From: a virus
Lineage: Duplodnaviria > Caudoviricetes
Virus record (IMG/VR): IMGVR_UViG_3300017774_002371
Coordinates: 1 to 59,957 of that record
DNA: 59,957 nt
Direction: 5' to 3' (one strand)
The translations under genes were made by a program, and so were the position numbers. This document shows, one piece after another, positions 7,887 through 16,829 of the stretch; the stretch's first letter is position 1, and each line of letters starts with the position of its first letter. The notes below the pieces were generated by a model that saw only the letters and a program-made list of their open reading frames with translations, did no database searches and was not told the DNA's origin.

Positions 7887-9395
7887 ATGTCAGCCATACC
7901 ACAATCCCTTTTTGATCCTGCTTTCAATTCAAGTGGAAAGCCGTTCATTTCCACCAATCGGTACGGCAACGGGCGGTACAGTCAGCAGGTGTACAACGAT
8001 CAGATCGGTGATGAGGTTCTGCGACAACTAGAGGGAACTCCGAAAGTGACCCGAGGCTCCCGCATTCGCCCATCGGTTCTACGGTATCCCATAGACCTCG
8101 GAAGCGCACAAGTTCCCCATGTCATGCAGTTCAAGGTTTTCTGGCGGTGGGAAGCCAAGGACTTGCGGCAGGGATTGGAAAATGCCAAGGCGGAATCCCA
8201 AAAGAACATTCAGAATTTGCAAACGCTGTCTGGACTCATAGATGGTGGTGATATCACGCCAGAGTCGCTGTATCGTTCCCCGCTCAGCAACGAGAACATT
8301 GCTGCTCTTGAGAGCATGGTGCTTGATCCCAACACCCTGAAGATCGTGGATCCGAACGGAACAGACAGCATTGCGACCCTGTTGCAGACGAATCCTGGTA
8401 AAGCCAGGCAGATACTAGAGCAGACGATTATTTCAGAGCAGACCCGACTGTCTAGCATTGAATCGGAACTGAACAATGGCACAGGCAAGGTAGGCATGGA
8501 TGAACAGGAGCGGCTGCTTGTACAGAATCGTCTGAATGAAAACATTGAGCGAACAGGCGTGGGTGAGTCCGCAGTGAAGGGCGCGGGAGCAGGAGCGGTC
8601 ACGGGCGGATTGCTCGGTTTTCTTCTTGGTGGAGGAAAAGGTGCCGCAATCGGAGCGGCTGCGGGTGGAGCAGCAGGAGCAGGACTGGCTGCTGGCGGCG
8701 TTGCACTTGCGAAGAACTTTGCAACGGAAGCGGTATACGATCAGATGGTTTCGGTATATCTCCCGTTCTGCACGAAGGTAAACAACGAAGATTCTTTTGT
8801 CTATGAGGACAGCAATCAGGCAGCAGCAGGCGCAGTGTTTGATGCGCTTGGTGGCGATGTGTCCACTGTGGCAGGACAGGCTGTCGGGGTAGGCGCACAG
8901 TTGATCGGGGACAAATTTGCGCCAGGTGCTGTTCAGGCAGCGCGAGGCACGGTCATCAATCCGCGTCTTGAAAAACTGTTTAGGCAGAAAGACTTCAGAA
9001 ACTTCTCTTTCTCTTGGGAGTTCTATCCGCGCAACAGGACTGAAGTGGATGCCATACGGGACATCATTGAAACATTCCGTTACCATGCCCATCCTGCGAT
9101 GAGCGATCAGCAGGGAACGGCGGAAGAGAACAAAGTTCAGATCATACTGCGTACTCCTGGCGAGTTTGAAATTAGGTTCTTGTCGTCCAATCCTGATCCC
9201 AATTCCGCAGGCTTCGTAGAAAACGAATACCTACCAAAGATCGGCAGATGTTCTCTCGTCAGCATAGCGATTGACTATACACCAAACTCCATATTCAGCA
9301 CATTCGCAGACAACTCACCCACCGCAGTCACGATGACTCTCAACTTCAGCGAGTTGGGTCTGCTCACCCGCGAAACGGTAGATAAGGGCTTCTAA
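7887..9395 (+). CDS. gp48: Baseplate tail-tube cap protein, extended
   Basis: LRYPIDL near the N-terminus. C-terminal NPRLEKLF...FRNFSFSWEFYPRNRTE...IIETFRYHAHP...IDYTPN...MTLNFSEL. AAGGA SD precedes the ATG at 7887. Confidence 0.85.
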   Translation: MSAIPQSLFDPAFNSSGKPFISTNRYGNGRYSQQVYNDQIGDEVLRQLEGTPKVTRGSRIRPSVLRYPIDLGSAQVPHVMQFKVFWRWEAKDLRQGLENAKAESQKNIQNLQTLSGLIDGGDITPESLYRSPLSNENIAALESMVLDPNTLKIVDPNGTDSIATLLQTNPGKARQILEQTIISEQTRLSSIESELNNGTGKVGMDEQERLLVQNRLNENIERTGVGESAVKGAGAGAVTGGLLGFLLGGGKGAAIGAAAGGAAGAGLAAGGVALAKNFATEAVYDQMVSVYLPFCTKVNNEDSFVYEDSNQAAAGAVFDALGGDVSTVAGQAVGVGAQLIGDKFAPGAVQAARGTVINPRLEKLFRQKDFRNFSFSWEFYPRNRTEVDAIRDIIETFRYHAHPAMSDQQGTAEENKVQIILRTPGEFEIRFLSSNPDPNSAGFVENEYLPKIGRCSLVSIAIDYTPNSIFSTFADNSPTAVTMTLNFSELGLLTRETVDKGF

Positions 9396-10303
9396 TGGCT
9401 TACTTCTCAAAGTTTCCAATATTGCAGTATCCTGTTCGGGACGGCAATCAATTCAGGTTTGCGTTCGTGGCAAACTTGCTGCGCCGCGTTGGATTGAGTC
9501 AAGAACTCAAAGGCACGGACGGCGCATTCATTGAATATAACATCAAGGACGGAGAGCGTCCCGAACACATTGCGGAGCGGGTATACGGTGATCCGTCATT
9601 TCACTGGTTAGTGATGATGACGAATGACATTGTGGATCCGTATCACGGTTGGTACAAGTCGGGAAGCGCGATGGAGCAGTATGTGCAGACAAAATATGGC
9701 AACAAGTCCGTGTTCATCGGCACTACGGCTGATGGATATTTCTACCGTCAGTACATCGGCACGGGTTCCTCGCTTTCGCAAGGCTCCATTTCTTCGGATG
9801 TGATTGACTACACCCCTACGCTTTGCCGACTTACTGTTCGCGGTGGCGAGTTTCAGGAAGGAACCGCCACTATCAGGGTGAGCGGCGCAACCGCCTACGA
9901 AGTTCAGATATTCCGCGTTGATCCGTCCATCACCGCCGTGCATCATTTTGAGTTTCAGCACAGCAGCGGTATCTGTGCTGCAAACGATGAGTTCACGGTA
10001 GACCCCTTGAGTCAGCAGAACTCAAGTTTTTCGCGGGTTGGGGGCGTGATCGGCTTCACAGCAGACGAGTATCCACAGACAACGCAAGGCATAATATATC
10101 AGTCCACCGCAGGAATCGTTGATTTCTGGGAAACTTATATTGGTAGGTACATGGGCGTGTCGGGTGCCAAAGTTGAAACCTTTGCCATCAGCAACTTGAA
10201 GTATGAAAACACGATGAACGATCAGAAGAGAACCATCAAGATACTGCATCCTCGCTACAAGAGAGAAGCACTTGCTCAACTAGAGGCACTGTTGAGGGTA
10301 TAA
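9395..10303 (+). CDS. gp53: Baseplate wedge subunit
   Basis: MAYFSKFPILQY, LysM-like YNIKDGERPEHIAERVYGD..FHWLVMMTNDIVDPY, and C-terminal YE...NDQKRTIKIL. Confidence 0.9.
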   Translation: MAYFSKFPILQYPVRDGNQFRFAFVANLLRRVGLSQELKGTDGAFIEYNIKDGERPEHIAERVYGDPSFHWLVMMTNDIVDPYHGWYKSGSAMEQYVQTKYGNKSVFIGTTADGYFYRQYIGTGSSLSQGSISSDVIDYTPTLCRLTVRGGEFQEGTATIRVSGATAYEVQIFRVDPSITAVHHFEFQHSSGICAANDEFTVDPLSQQNSSFSRVGGVIGFTADEYPQTTQGIIYQSTAGIVDFWETYIGRYMGVSGAKVETFAISNLKYENTMNDQKRTIKILHPRYKREALAQLEALLRV

Positions 10304-10304
10304 A

Positions 10305-11627
10305 ATGGCAGACCACGGCAATGACATCCTATCAGCAGGAAACTATGTCCTTGACAGAATGTCCATGCATTCTCTTGTCAGCGGCAAGCAGTTGGACTTG
10401 CGAAACCTGTTCAAGAGGATAGAGATTTACGAAGACCTGTTCTCTCCTTACACCACCGCAAAGGTGTATGTGGAAGATGCCCACAACTTTCCCGAGAGGT
10501 TTCCGATCACGGGACAGGAAAAGATAGAGATAGCCTTCAAGACGGATGTGAATGCCTTGCCTATGGTGGAACTCGTGTTTCGCCTGTACAAGTTGGATGG
10601 ACACAAGATTTCCGAAAATGGCAAGTCGCAGGAGTATGTGCTGCATCTCATCAGTGAAGGCGGATACATGAACTTTTCCCAATACTGCGGTTACGCGGTG
10701 AACGGAACGGTTTCGGGAATGGTGGGAACAGTTTTCCGCAAGCACTTCCCTGAAACGGTATGGAAGGATCGTCTTGAAATCCAGCCCACGAAGGACAACT
10801 ACTCGCTGGTGCTGTCTGGTGCATACACGCCGTTCAAGGCTGTGAGTTGGCTCACTTCTCGCGCTCTTACCACGACAGGCAAAGAGTACAGTCCGTTCAT
10901 GTTCTATGAAACCCTTGACGGTCACCGCTTCAAGAGCCTGTCTTCCATCATTGAAGCAGGATCTAAAAATCCCATCACATACCTGTACACCATCGGCAAC
11001 ATCGGAACCGCAGAAGGCACAAAGCAGGAACTCGGGTTCAGCAGCGTTCTGCCCAATCGGTATCACAAGATTCAGAAACTAGAGGAACTATCACGATTTG
11101 ATGCGGCTGAAAACATCATAACAGGTCTGGTTGCTTCTCGTATGCAGGTTCACGATCTGGTAAGAAAAGAAGATCGTCATATGCAGTTCTACGAGGGAGA
11201 TGTTTTTGATTCCATGAAGAAGTTGGGCGATGTGCAGAGAATCCGAAAAGGTGATGCACCACTAGAAAATGCATTGAAGACTGGTGGAGCGTATTTCTAT
11301 ATGCCGTCTACTCCGTACACCGTACACACAAAGGGAAATCAGATCATTGACAATTTCCAAACCGAGTCGGTGTTCTTGAAGCGCAAGTATCACATGAATG
11401 CGTTCCTCACGCAGAAACTGGTGATGCAGGTTTTTGGAGACAGTCGCCGCCGCATTGGTGATGTGGTTCGCATTCGGGTTCCCAAGCCGCAGTCGGATGT
11501 CACGGCGATTCAGGATCGGGATGACAAGAACCTGAGCGGCGAGTACTTGGTGACAAGCATCAAGCACACTCTCGGTACGGCGTATTCTTGCAAGATGGAA
11601 CTGTCTAGAAACGGCATGGGGGTGTAA
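10305..11627 (+). CDS. Baseplate hub protein (gp27-like)
   Basis: IEIYEDLFSP, PITGQEKI, FMFYETLDG..FKSL and LSGEYLVTSIKH. The gene lies between gp53 and gp5. Confidence 0.7.
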   Translation: MADHGNDILSAGNYVLDRMSMHSLVSGKQLDLRNLFKRIEIYEDLFSPYTTAKVYVEDAHNFPERFPITGQEKIEIAFKTDVNALPMVELVFRLYKLDGHKISENGKSQEYVLHLISEGGYMNFSQYCGYAVNGTVSGMVGTVFRKHFPETVWKDRLEIQPTKDNYSLVLSGAYTPFKAVSWLTSRALTTTGKEYSPFMFYETLDGHRFKSLSSIIEAGSKNPITYLYTIGNIGTAEGTKQELGFSSVLPNRYHKIQKLEELSRFDAAENIITGLVASRMQVHDLVRKEDRHMQFYEGDVFDSMKKLGDVQRIRKGDAPLENALKTGGAYFYMPSTPYTVHTKGNQIIDNFQTESVFLKRKYHMNAFLTQKLVMQVFGDSRRRIGDVVRIRVPKPQSDVTAIQDRDDKNLSGEYLVTSIKHTLGTAYSCKMELSRNGMGV

Positions 11628-12736
11628 TGTCAGGATTCCTAGGAAAAGACGGATTCGTGTGGTGGCACGGCGTTGTAGAGGATGTGGGCGATCCCTTGTA
11701 TCTTGGGCGATGCCGCGTCCGTGTTTACGGATTCCATGTCCGCGACAAGACTGAACTGCCGACCGAATGCCTGCCGTGGGCATATCCCATGCAGCCCATC
11801 ACCAGTGCTGCTCTTTCAGGAATAGGGCAGTCTCCCACGGGACTGCTTGTGGGTTCCCATGTGTTCGGATTTTTCCGAGACGGCGAGGACGCACAGGATC
11901 CCGTGATCATCGGATCTTTCGGCGGTGTTCCACTGAAGGAAGCCGATGTAACGAAAGGCTTTGCGGATGGAAGCGGTCGGTATCCCGCAAAGCAGAACGA
12001 TGTGGACGACGAGAAGTTTCCTCTTGGTGTGTCCGTGATCGGAGAACAGGACACGAACCGCCTTGCGCGAAACAGCGACAAGGAGCAGATGAAGTCCACT
12101 GTCGCGGCGTACAAGACTTCAACGGTACAGAAGGACATCCAAAGCACGCCAGACATCAAGGGCGCATTCAAGTGGAGCGAGCCGTCCACTCCGTATGCAG
12201 CAGAATATCCGAAGAATCATGTTCGCTACACCGAGAGCGGACATATTGAGGAGTGGGACGACACGCCAGGCGCGGAGCGGATACACCATTTTCACAAGTC
12301 AGGATCATTCACCGAAATCGGAAATGGATGGGAAACAAGTCCAGACGGGACTCGCGTACAGCGGATCGTGGGCGATGATTACGAAATCGTACACGGCAAC
12401 AAGAAGATCCACATATCAGGCAGCGAAGGCTTGAACCTTGTCGTTGACGGTGCCATAAATCTCACCATCAACGGTGGCGGCAACATACAGATAAACGGAA
12501 ATACGAACATACTGGCAAGCAACGATGTGAATCTTCAGATTGAGGGTGCGCTGAAGGCATCAGGCAAGCAGATGGAGTTCTATGCTGACGGAGACATTGG
12601 ATTCTCGGGACGCTCCATATCTTTCATCACCGACAGCAATGTCATGGTGTTGCAGCAAGGCAAACGCATTGAAGTAAACTCTGGCAAGCCAGCGGTCACT
12701 CCGACACGGGTTGATGTAAAGGGAGGCGGCTCTTGA
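11627..12736 (+). CDS. gp5: Baseplate central spike (OB-fold plus beta-helix, no lysozyme domain)
   Basis: FVWWHGVVED..DP..LGRCRVR.YG.H...LPWA...GSHVFGFFRDG...QDP, then YPKNHV..TESGHI.E.DDTPGAERIH and beta-helix repeats (VDGAINLTINGGGNIQINGN). Confidence 0.92.
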   Translation: MSGFLGKDGFVWWHGVVEDVGDPLYLGRCRVRVYGFHVRDKTELPTECLPWAYPMQPITSAALSGIGQSPTGLLVGSHVFGFFRDGEDAQDPVIIGSFGGVPLKEADVTKGFADGSGRYPAKQNDVDDEKFPLGVSVIGEQDTNRLARNSDKEQMKSTVAAYKTSTVQKDIQSTPDIKGAFKWSEPSTPYAAEYPKNHVRYTESGHIEEWDDTPGAERIHHFHKSGSFTEIGNGWETSPDGTRVQRIVGDDYEIVHGNKKIHISGSEGLNLVVDGAINLTINGGGNIQINGNTNILASNDVNLQIEGALKASGKQMEFYADGDIGFSGRSISFITDSNVMVLQQGKRIEVNSGKPAVTPTRVDVKGGGS

Positions 12737-12942
12737 ACTACAGAGGAAGACACCGAAAGTATGTGGAAGGCTCGTCCAACTACGAGGTCTATGTGTACGG
12801 CGATGTCGTGGAGCGAAACGGTGTTTCGTATGTGTGTAATGTCACCGAGACATCGGGATACATTCCCGAAGATGCGGGTTCTGGCTTTGTAGTATTGGGT
12901 GATCGTCTTGGAACCACAGTGATTGAAGGCGGAACATATTAA
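12733..12942 (+). CDS. Small hypothetical protein, possibly a carbohydrate-binding-type module
   Basis: The TTG start overlaps the gp5 stop and has a GGAGG SD. Y.YGDVV.RNG..Y.C resembles CBM5/12-type motifs, and the protein ends IEGGTY. Confidence 0.55.
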   Translation: MNYRGRHRKYVEGSSNYEVYVYGDVVERNGVSYVCNVTETSGYIPEDAGSGFVVLGDRLGTTVIEGGTY

Positions 12943-12951
12943 GGAGTTGTA

Positions 12952-14958
12952 ATGCCAGGCAATGGAGTTTCTAGAGCATATCTTGACACGGCGGGCGGCA
13001 CGATTCAGGTCGGCAACCCAGATTTTTTCTTGGATGGCTTGCCTGTAGCCGTTCAGGGAAATCCCGTTCAGAGTCACGGCAAAAACGAACACAGCAATGC
13101 AGTGATGCTAAACGGCACTCCGAGTTTCCTGATTAACGGTATTCCTGTATGCACATCTGCAAGCCAAGCCAGTTGCGGACACCAAGCCACTGGTTCGTCC
13201 ACATTCACGGTCGGAACATCAAGCAGAGGAACGGAAAGCAGAAATCCTGGTGTTGCTCCACAGTTTTCTTATACTCCTCCCGAGACTCCGCGACCGATAT
13301 GGGTCGGAACATGGCACGCTCCCGTTTCTGGACGGACACGAAGTCTTGCAGCAGAACTATTAACCGATGCAGATTTTACCACATATGAATATGTGAAGCC
13401 ATTGATATGGCTCACTGCTCCGAACTCATCATCATCTTACATTGATGATCCTGCTCAACAGTATCAGACGAAGATTGGCACATCAACTCCCTACAGGAAC
13501 AGGATGAATGCCATAGTGAATGGCTTGAACAAACTGCCCGAAGGAATGCGAGGATTGGCTCCGTGGTACTATTGGAACGGATATCTGTACTACGAAAATC
13601 CCACAAAAAAACGCTCGGATATTGATACTTTTTTGGCAAACAACCCAACAGAGTCTCCTGGCGACTACAACACACATCCTTCGGATTATCGTGATGGCAC
13701 GAACGGCATATTCTTGTTCAACCGCAAATCAGACAGCATTCGTGGTTCTGGCTGGACACTTGCATCTATATGGGGAGCAACGGCAGTCAATCAGGTGTAT
13801 CAGGATTGGAAAGTCATGTGTTCTCTGTTGAAGACTCGTGGAGCAAACATAGACTATCTTGTTTTTGACAGCGAAGGGTTTCCTGGAAATGGATTCACGG
13901 ATTATCCTGTGGGTCAACGACAAGCAGCATTTCAGACAATGGAGAGCAGTCCTCTTGCACAGCAGGAGTGGTATGGAGCAAGACCGCTGCTCACCGTTCT
14001 TAAGCAGGACGGAAAATACCCAACAAACAGTGCAGCACAGGTTGCAGCAGATCGGCATCCGCAAAGATCACCCAGTTACATTTACTGGAACGGTGGATTG
14101 GGTTCCATACGAAACGCAAGCATGACCTATTGTTTCTATGAAACAGCAAAAGCACTCTATCCTGAAATAGGGTTGAGCAATTACGAATCATTCAAGGTCA
14201 ACGACAAAGACTGGGGATATGAACCGAATGGGCATCCCGTGTTTCAAGAAAATGCAGTCGGTGACGGATCTGCCCCATATTTGTATGCATCTTGGAACAA
14301 CGATACTGCTTGGGTAATTGATCCATACGATGATACCCGCATAATAAGAAACGATACAAACACTCAAACGAGTATTCTGCCCAAATTCACGAACAGCATA
14401 TGGAATTGCTTTTTGCTTGATGTTCAGTTGGTGCGTTCCATAAAACGAGCAGATTCCGATTCCAAACTTCGTCCCTGGATTCGTCCGCGTGGGTGGGCAG
14501 GAGATGCTGGATTTAAGGTAGGCATCACTGCTGGACAACCTACTTCTCCGCAAAGCGGCGAAAGATTTTACTATGAAGTGGTTCGTCATGCCTGTGTAAG
14601 CGGAGTAGAGCATTTTTATTGGTGGAATACTCCAAATAGTGATCCTGCAACTGATCCGTCTTATTTGCAGAGAGACTGCGAAGAGATGAATGAGATATTG
14701 ACCGAAGCCAATGACTTGCTTGGCGGCTTCTCGCCAGAAGTGGTTACGAAAAGTCGCATTTCCTTCAAGACGGATTATGTGGTAAGCGGCACGAAAGCAG
14801 CAGGCGGCGACAATGCTGGCAAGTATGTTTGGAGAATAACCCCAAAGCCTGGTCTGACGCTCATAAGCGAAACAGGAAGACCGCTCACAGTTGATTCCGA
14901 TGGTGGCGCGTGGCTCGTTACATCGTCTGTCATCATACCTAAATATTCTGTTCAATAA
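12952..14958 (+). CDS. PAAR spike-tip protein (gp5.4-like) with a large enzyme-like C-terminal extension
   Basis: The N-terminal ~88 aa has the PAAR pattern (G.PVAVQGNPVQSHG..EH...GTPSFLINGIPVC...ASCGH..TGS) with His/Cys metal ligands. A Pro-rich linker and ~560 aa of aromatic-rich globular sequence follow. AAGGAG SD. Confidence 0.85.
   Translation: MPGNGVSRAYLDTAGGTIQVGNPDFFLDGLPVAVQGNPVQSHGKNEHSNAVMLNGTPSFLINGIPVCTSASQASCGHQATGSSTFTVGTSSRGTESRNPGVAPQFSYTPPETPRPIWVGTWHAPVSGRTRSLAAELLTDADFTTYEYVKPLIWLTAPNSSSSYIDDPAQQYQTKIGTSTPYRNRMNAIVNGLNKLPEGMRGLAPWYYWNGYLYYENPTKKRSDIDTFLANNPTESPGDYNTHPSDYRDGTNGIFLFNRKSDSIRGSGWTLASIWGATAVNQVYQDWKVMCSLLKTRGANIDYLVFDSEGFPGNGFTDYPVGQRQAAFQTMESSPLAQQEWYGARPLLTVLKQDGKYPTNSAAQVAADRHPQRSPSYIYWNGGLGSIRNASMTYCFYETAKALYPEIGLSNYESFKVNDKDWGYEPNGHPVFQENAVGDGSAPYLYASWNNDTAWVIDPYDDTRIIRNDTNTQTSILPKFTNSIWNCFLLDVQLVRSIKRADSDSKLRPWIRPRGWAGDAGFKVGITAGQPTSPQSGERFYYEVVRHACVSGVEHFYWWNTPNSDPATDPSYLQRDCEEMNEILTEANDLLGGFSPEVVTKSRISFKTDYVVSGTKAAGGDNAGKYVWRITPKPGLTLISETGRPLTVDSDGGAWLVTSSVIIPKYSVQ
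14940..14945 (+). promoter_or_regulatory. Candidate late promoter TAAATA
   Basis: CTAAATA 23 nt upstream of the ATG at 14969. Confidence 0.45.
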
Positions 14959-14968
14959 AGGAGAGCGT

Positions 14969-15760
14969 ATGGCAGACTGCCCGTGCAAGCAAACCCTGAC
15001 TGATGGCGAAAAGGGAATTCTCAATTTCGGATTGACGAACGAGATGTTGCGTAATCCGAACGCAGCGGCTATTGGGTTGTATCGTCAGTTGGGTGGGGCA
15101 AACGGCGCACGGATAGAATCGCTCATACAGGCTGCACAGGTGGGGGGTTCCACTAATGCGCTTACCACCGCACTTCCCGAACTCAATCGGGTAAAAGGTG
15201 CAATTAATGTGCTTGACAACCGCGTTGATGCTTTTGAGAACGAGTGCAAGCGTTTCACGGATCCCAATCAGTTGATCAACATCATCAGTTCGTTGAGCCT
15301 GTTTGCGGAAATGCAGTGCGCTCTAGGAATAGAAGGTCTGGACATCGGCGTTGGTCTGAATGTCGTGAATCAGAACGGTCAGTTGTCCATCAACTACGCG
15401 GTCGCGGCAAATGTGGATCTTGAAAAAATACTGAATCAGTTTTCCGACAACAATCTTGGAACCGCAACCGCCGATACCGTGAGGCAGTTGCAGGAAGGAC
15501 TTGGCAAGGCGGTGGGCGCACTGGATGCTGTCAACGGCGAAATCGCGGGTCTGATGAATGCAGCAGAAGCCCTACAGAACCAGGCAGCAGACTTTATTCA
15601 AAAATATACGAGCATCAACGCGCTCGCCAATCTTATAAATGAGGCAATCACCGATCCGTGCTTCAAGTTGGGCAGCACGCTGAACGGCAGTCTTGTGAGT
15701 TCAGATTTCCTTAATGCAGTTCGGGGAGGATACTCGCCTGGATTTGGAGGCTACCGATGA
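14969..15760 (+). CDS. Hypothetical helical protein
   Basis: AAGGAG SD precedes the ATG at 14969 (MADCPCKQ...). Ala/Asn/Gln/Leu-rich, with several Cys. Confidence 0.7.
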   Translation: MADCPCKQTLTDGEKGILNFGLTNEMLRNPNAAAIGLYRQLGGANGARIESLIQAAQVGGSTNALTTALPELNRVKGAINVLDNRVDAFENECKRFTDPNQLINIISSLSLFAEMQCALGIEGLDIGVGLNVVNQNGQLSINYAVAANVDLEKILNQFSDNNLGTATADTVRQLQEGLGKAVGALDAVNGEIAGLMNAAEALQNQAADFIQKYTSINALANLINEAITDPCFKLGSTLNGSLVSSDFLNAVRGGYSPGFGGYR

Positions 15761-16419
15761 AAGATGCTGCTGATTTTTTGAGTTCTTTCAGGGACTTTGC
15801 CCTTGCATTCGGAGAACTGCTCGGGGTGCTACTTGCTGGCATAGGAATTGGTGCATGGGGAATCCTGCGTAAAAAGAAAACCATGTGGAGTCCGCAGAAG
15901 GAGCGGCGGTTCGTGGAAGCCCACACCCAAATACACGAAATGCTGACTGAACTGCGGGTCACGGTTCGCGCCTGCCGTTGCTTGATCTTTCAGTTCCACA
16001 ACGGTGGTTCATTCGCGGATGGAACCTCCATCAAGCGGTTTTCGGTGACCCATGAGTCCTGCGCCACCCCCGCGCAGAGCATGATTCTTGAATCGCAGGA
16101 TGTGCTGCTCACGCGATACATGGATATCGTTCCCATCATGGAAGAACGGGCAGGGAAAATAATACAGGTTGACACCCTACAGCCCTCCGCATTTCGTTCT
16201 GGACTTGAGATAAATAGCGTAGAATACTTCAGTGTCGTACCGCTGAAGTGCATGGACGGACTTACTCCGATGGGATTCCTGTGCTGCCACTGGTGTTCGG
16301 CGGATTCGCTGGATGGGATTGAGAAGGAAGGCATCACGCAGCAGTCGTTGGAGCAGTTGATAGAAGACAGCACACAGAACATAAACGCACACCTGTCATA
16401 CAATCAGGGAAATAAGTAA
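15757..16419 (+). CDS. Single-pass membrane protein with a GAF-like soluble domain (holin T-like candidate)
   Basis: Hydrophobic LLGVLLAGIGIGAWGIL followed by RKKK, then LTELRVTVRACRCLIFQFHNG...SVTHE...SVVPL...PMGFLCC, which is a GAF-like pattern. Confidence 0.5.
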   Translation: MKDAADFLSSFRDFALAFGELLGVLLAGIGIGAWGILRKKKTMWSPQKERRFVEAHTQIHEMLTELRVTVRACRCLIFQFHNGGSFADGTSIKRFSVTHESCATPAQSMILESQDVLLTRYMDIVPIMEERAGKIIQVDTLQPSAFRSGLEINSVEYFSVVPLKCMDGLTPMGFLCCHWCSADSLDGIEKEGITQQSLEQLIEDSTQNINAHLSYNQGNK

Positions 16420-16829
16420 TGGCACTACGGATAACGAGCAACAGCACCAAGCCAGTATTCTCTGACATAGACCCGAACTTTACGCGCAGTCCAAAGACAA
16501 ACGACTTGCTCACAGTTCGGGACGATGGTGCTGTCCGTTTGGCACTGAAGTGCCTGCTGTCAACATCTTTCGGAGAGCGGCTGTTTCAGCCCACCATCGG
16601 CGGATCACTTCGTCCGCTCTTGTTTGAACCCATTGATGCCATCACCACGATGGAAATACGCGACCGCATCTTGCAAACTATCAACCGCCATGAGCCACGA
16701 GTCGGAAATGTGCTGGTTGATGTGATTGCCAATCCTGATCAGAACTACTACACCGTCAATGTTGAATATTCCGTGATAGGCGTTGGAAAAACCGACAGGG
16801 TATCTGTCGTACTAGAAAGGCTGCGCTGA
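16419..16829 (+). CDS. gp25: Baseplate wedge subunit
   Basis: FSDIDPNF, AVRLALKCLLST..GERLFQPTIG..L..LLFEP and INRHEPRV. Confidence 0.93.
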   Translation: MALRITSNSTKPVFSDIDPNFTRSPKTNDLLTVRDDGAVRLALKCLLSTSFGERLFQPTIGGSLRPLLFEPIDAITTMEIRDRILQTINRHEPRVGNVLVDVIANPDQNYYTVNVEYSVIGVGKTDRVSVVLERLR

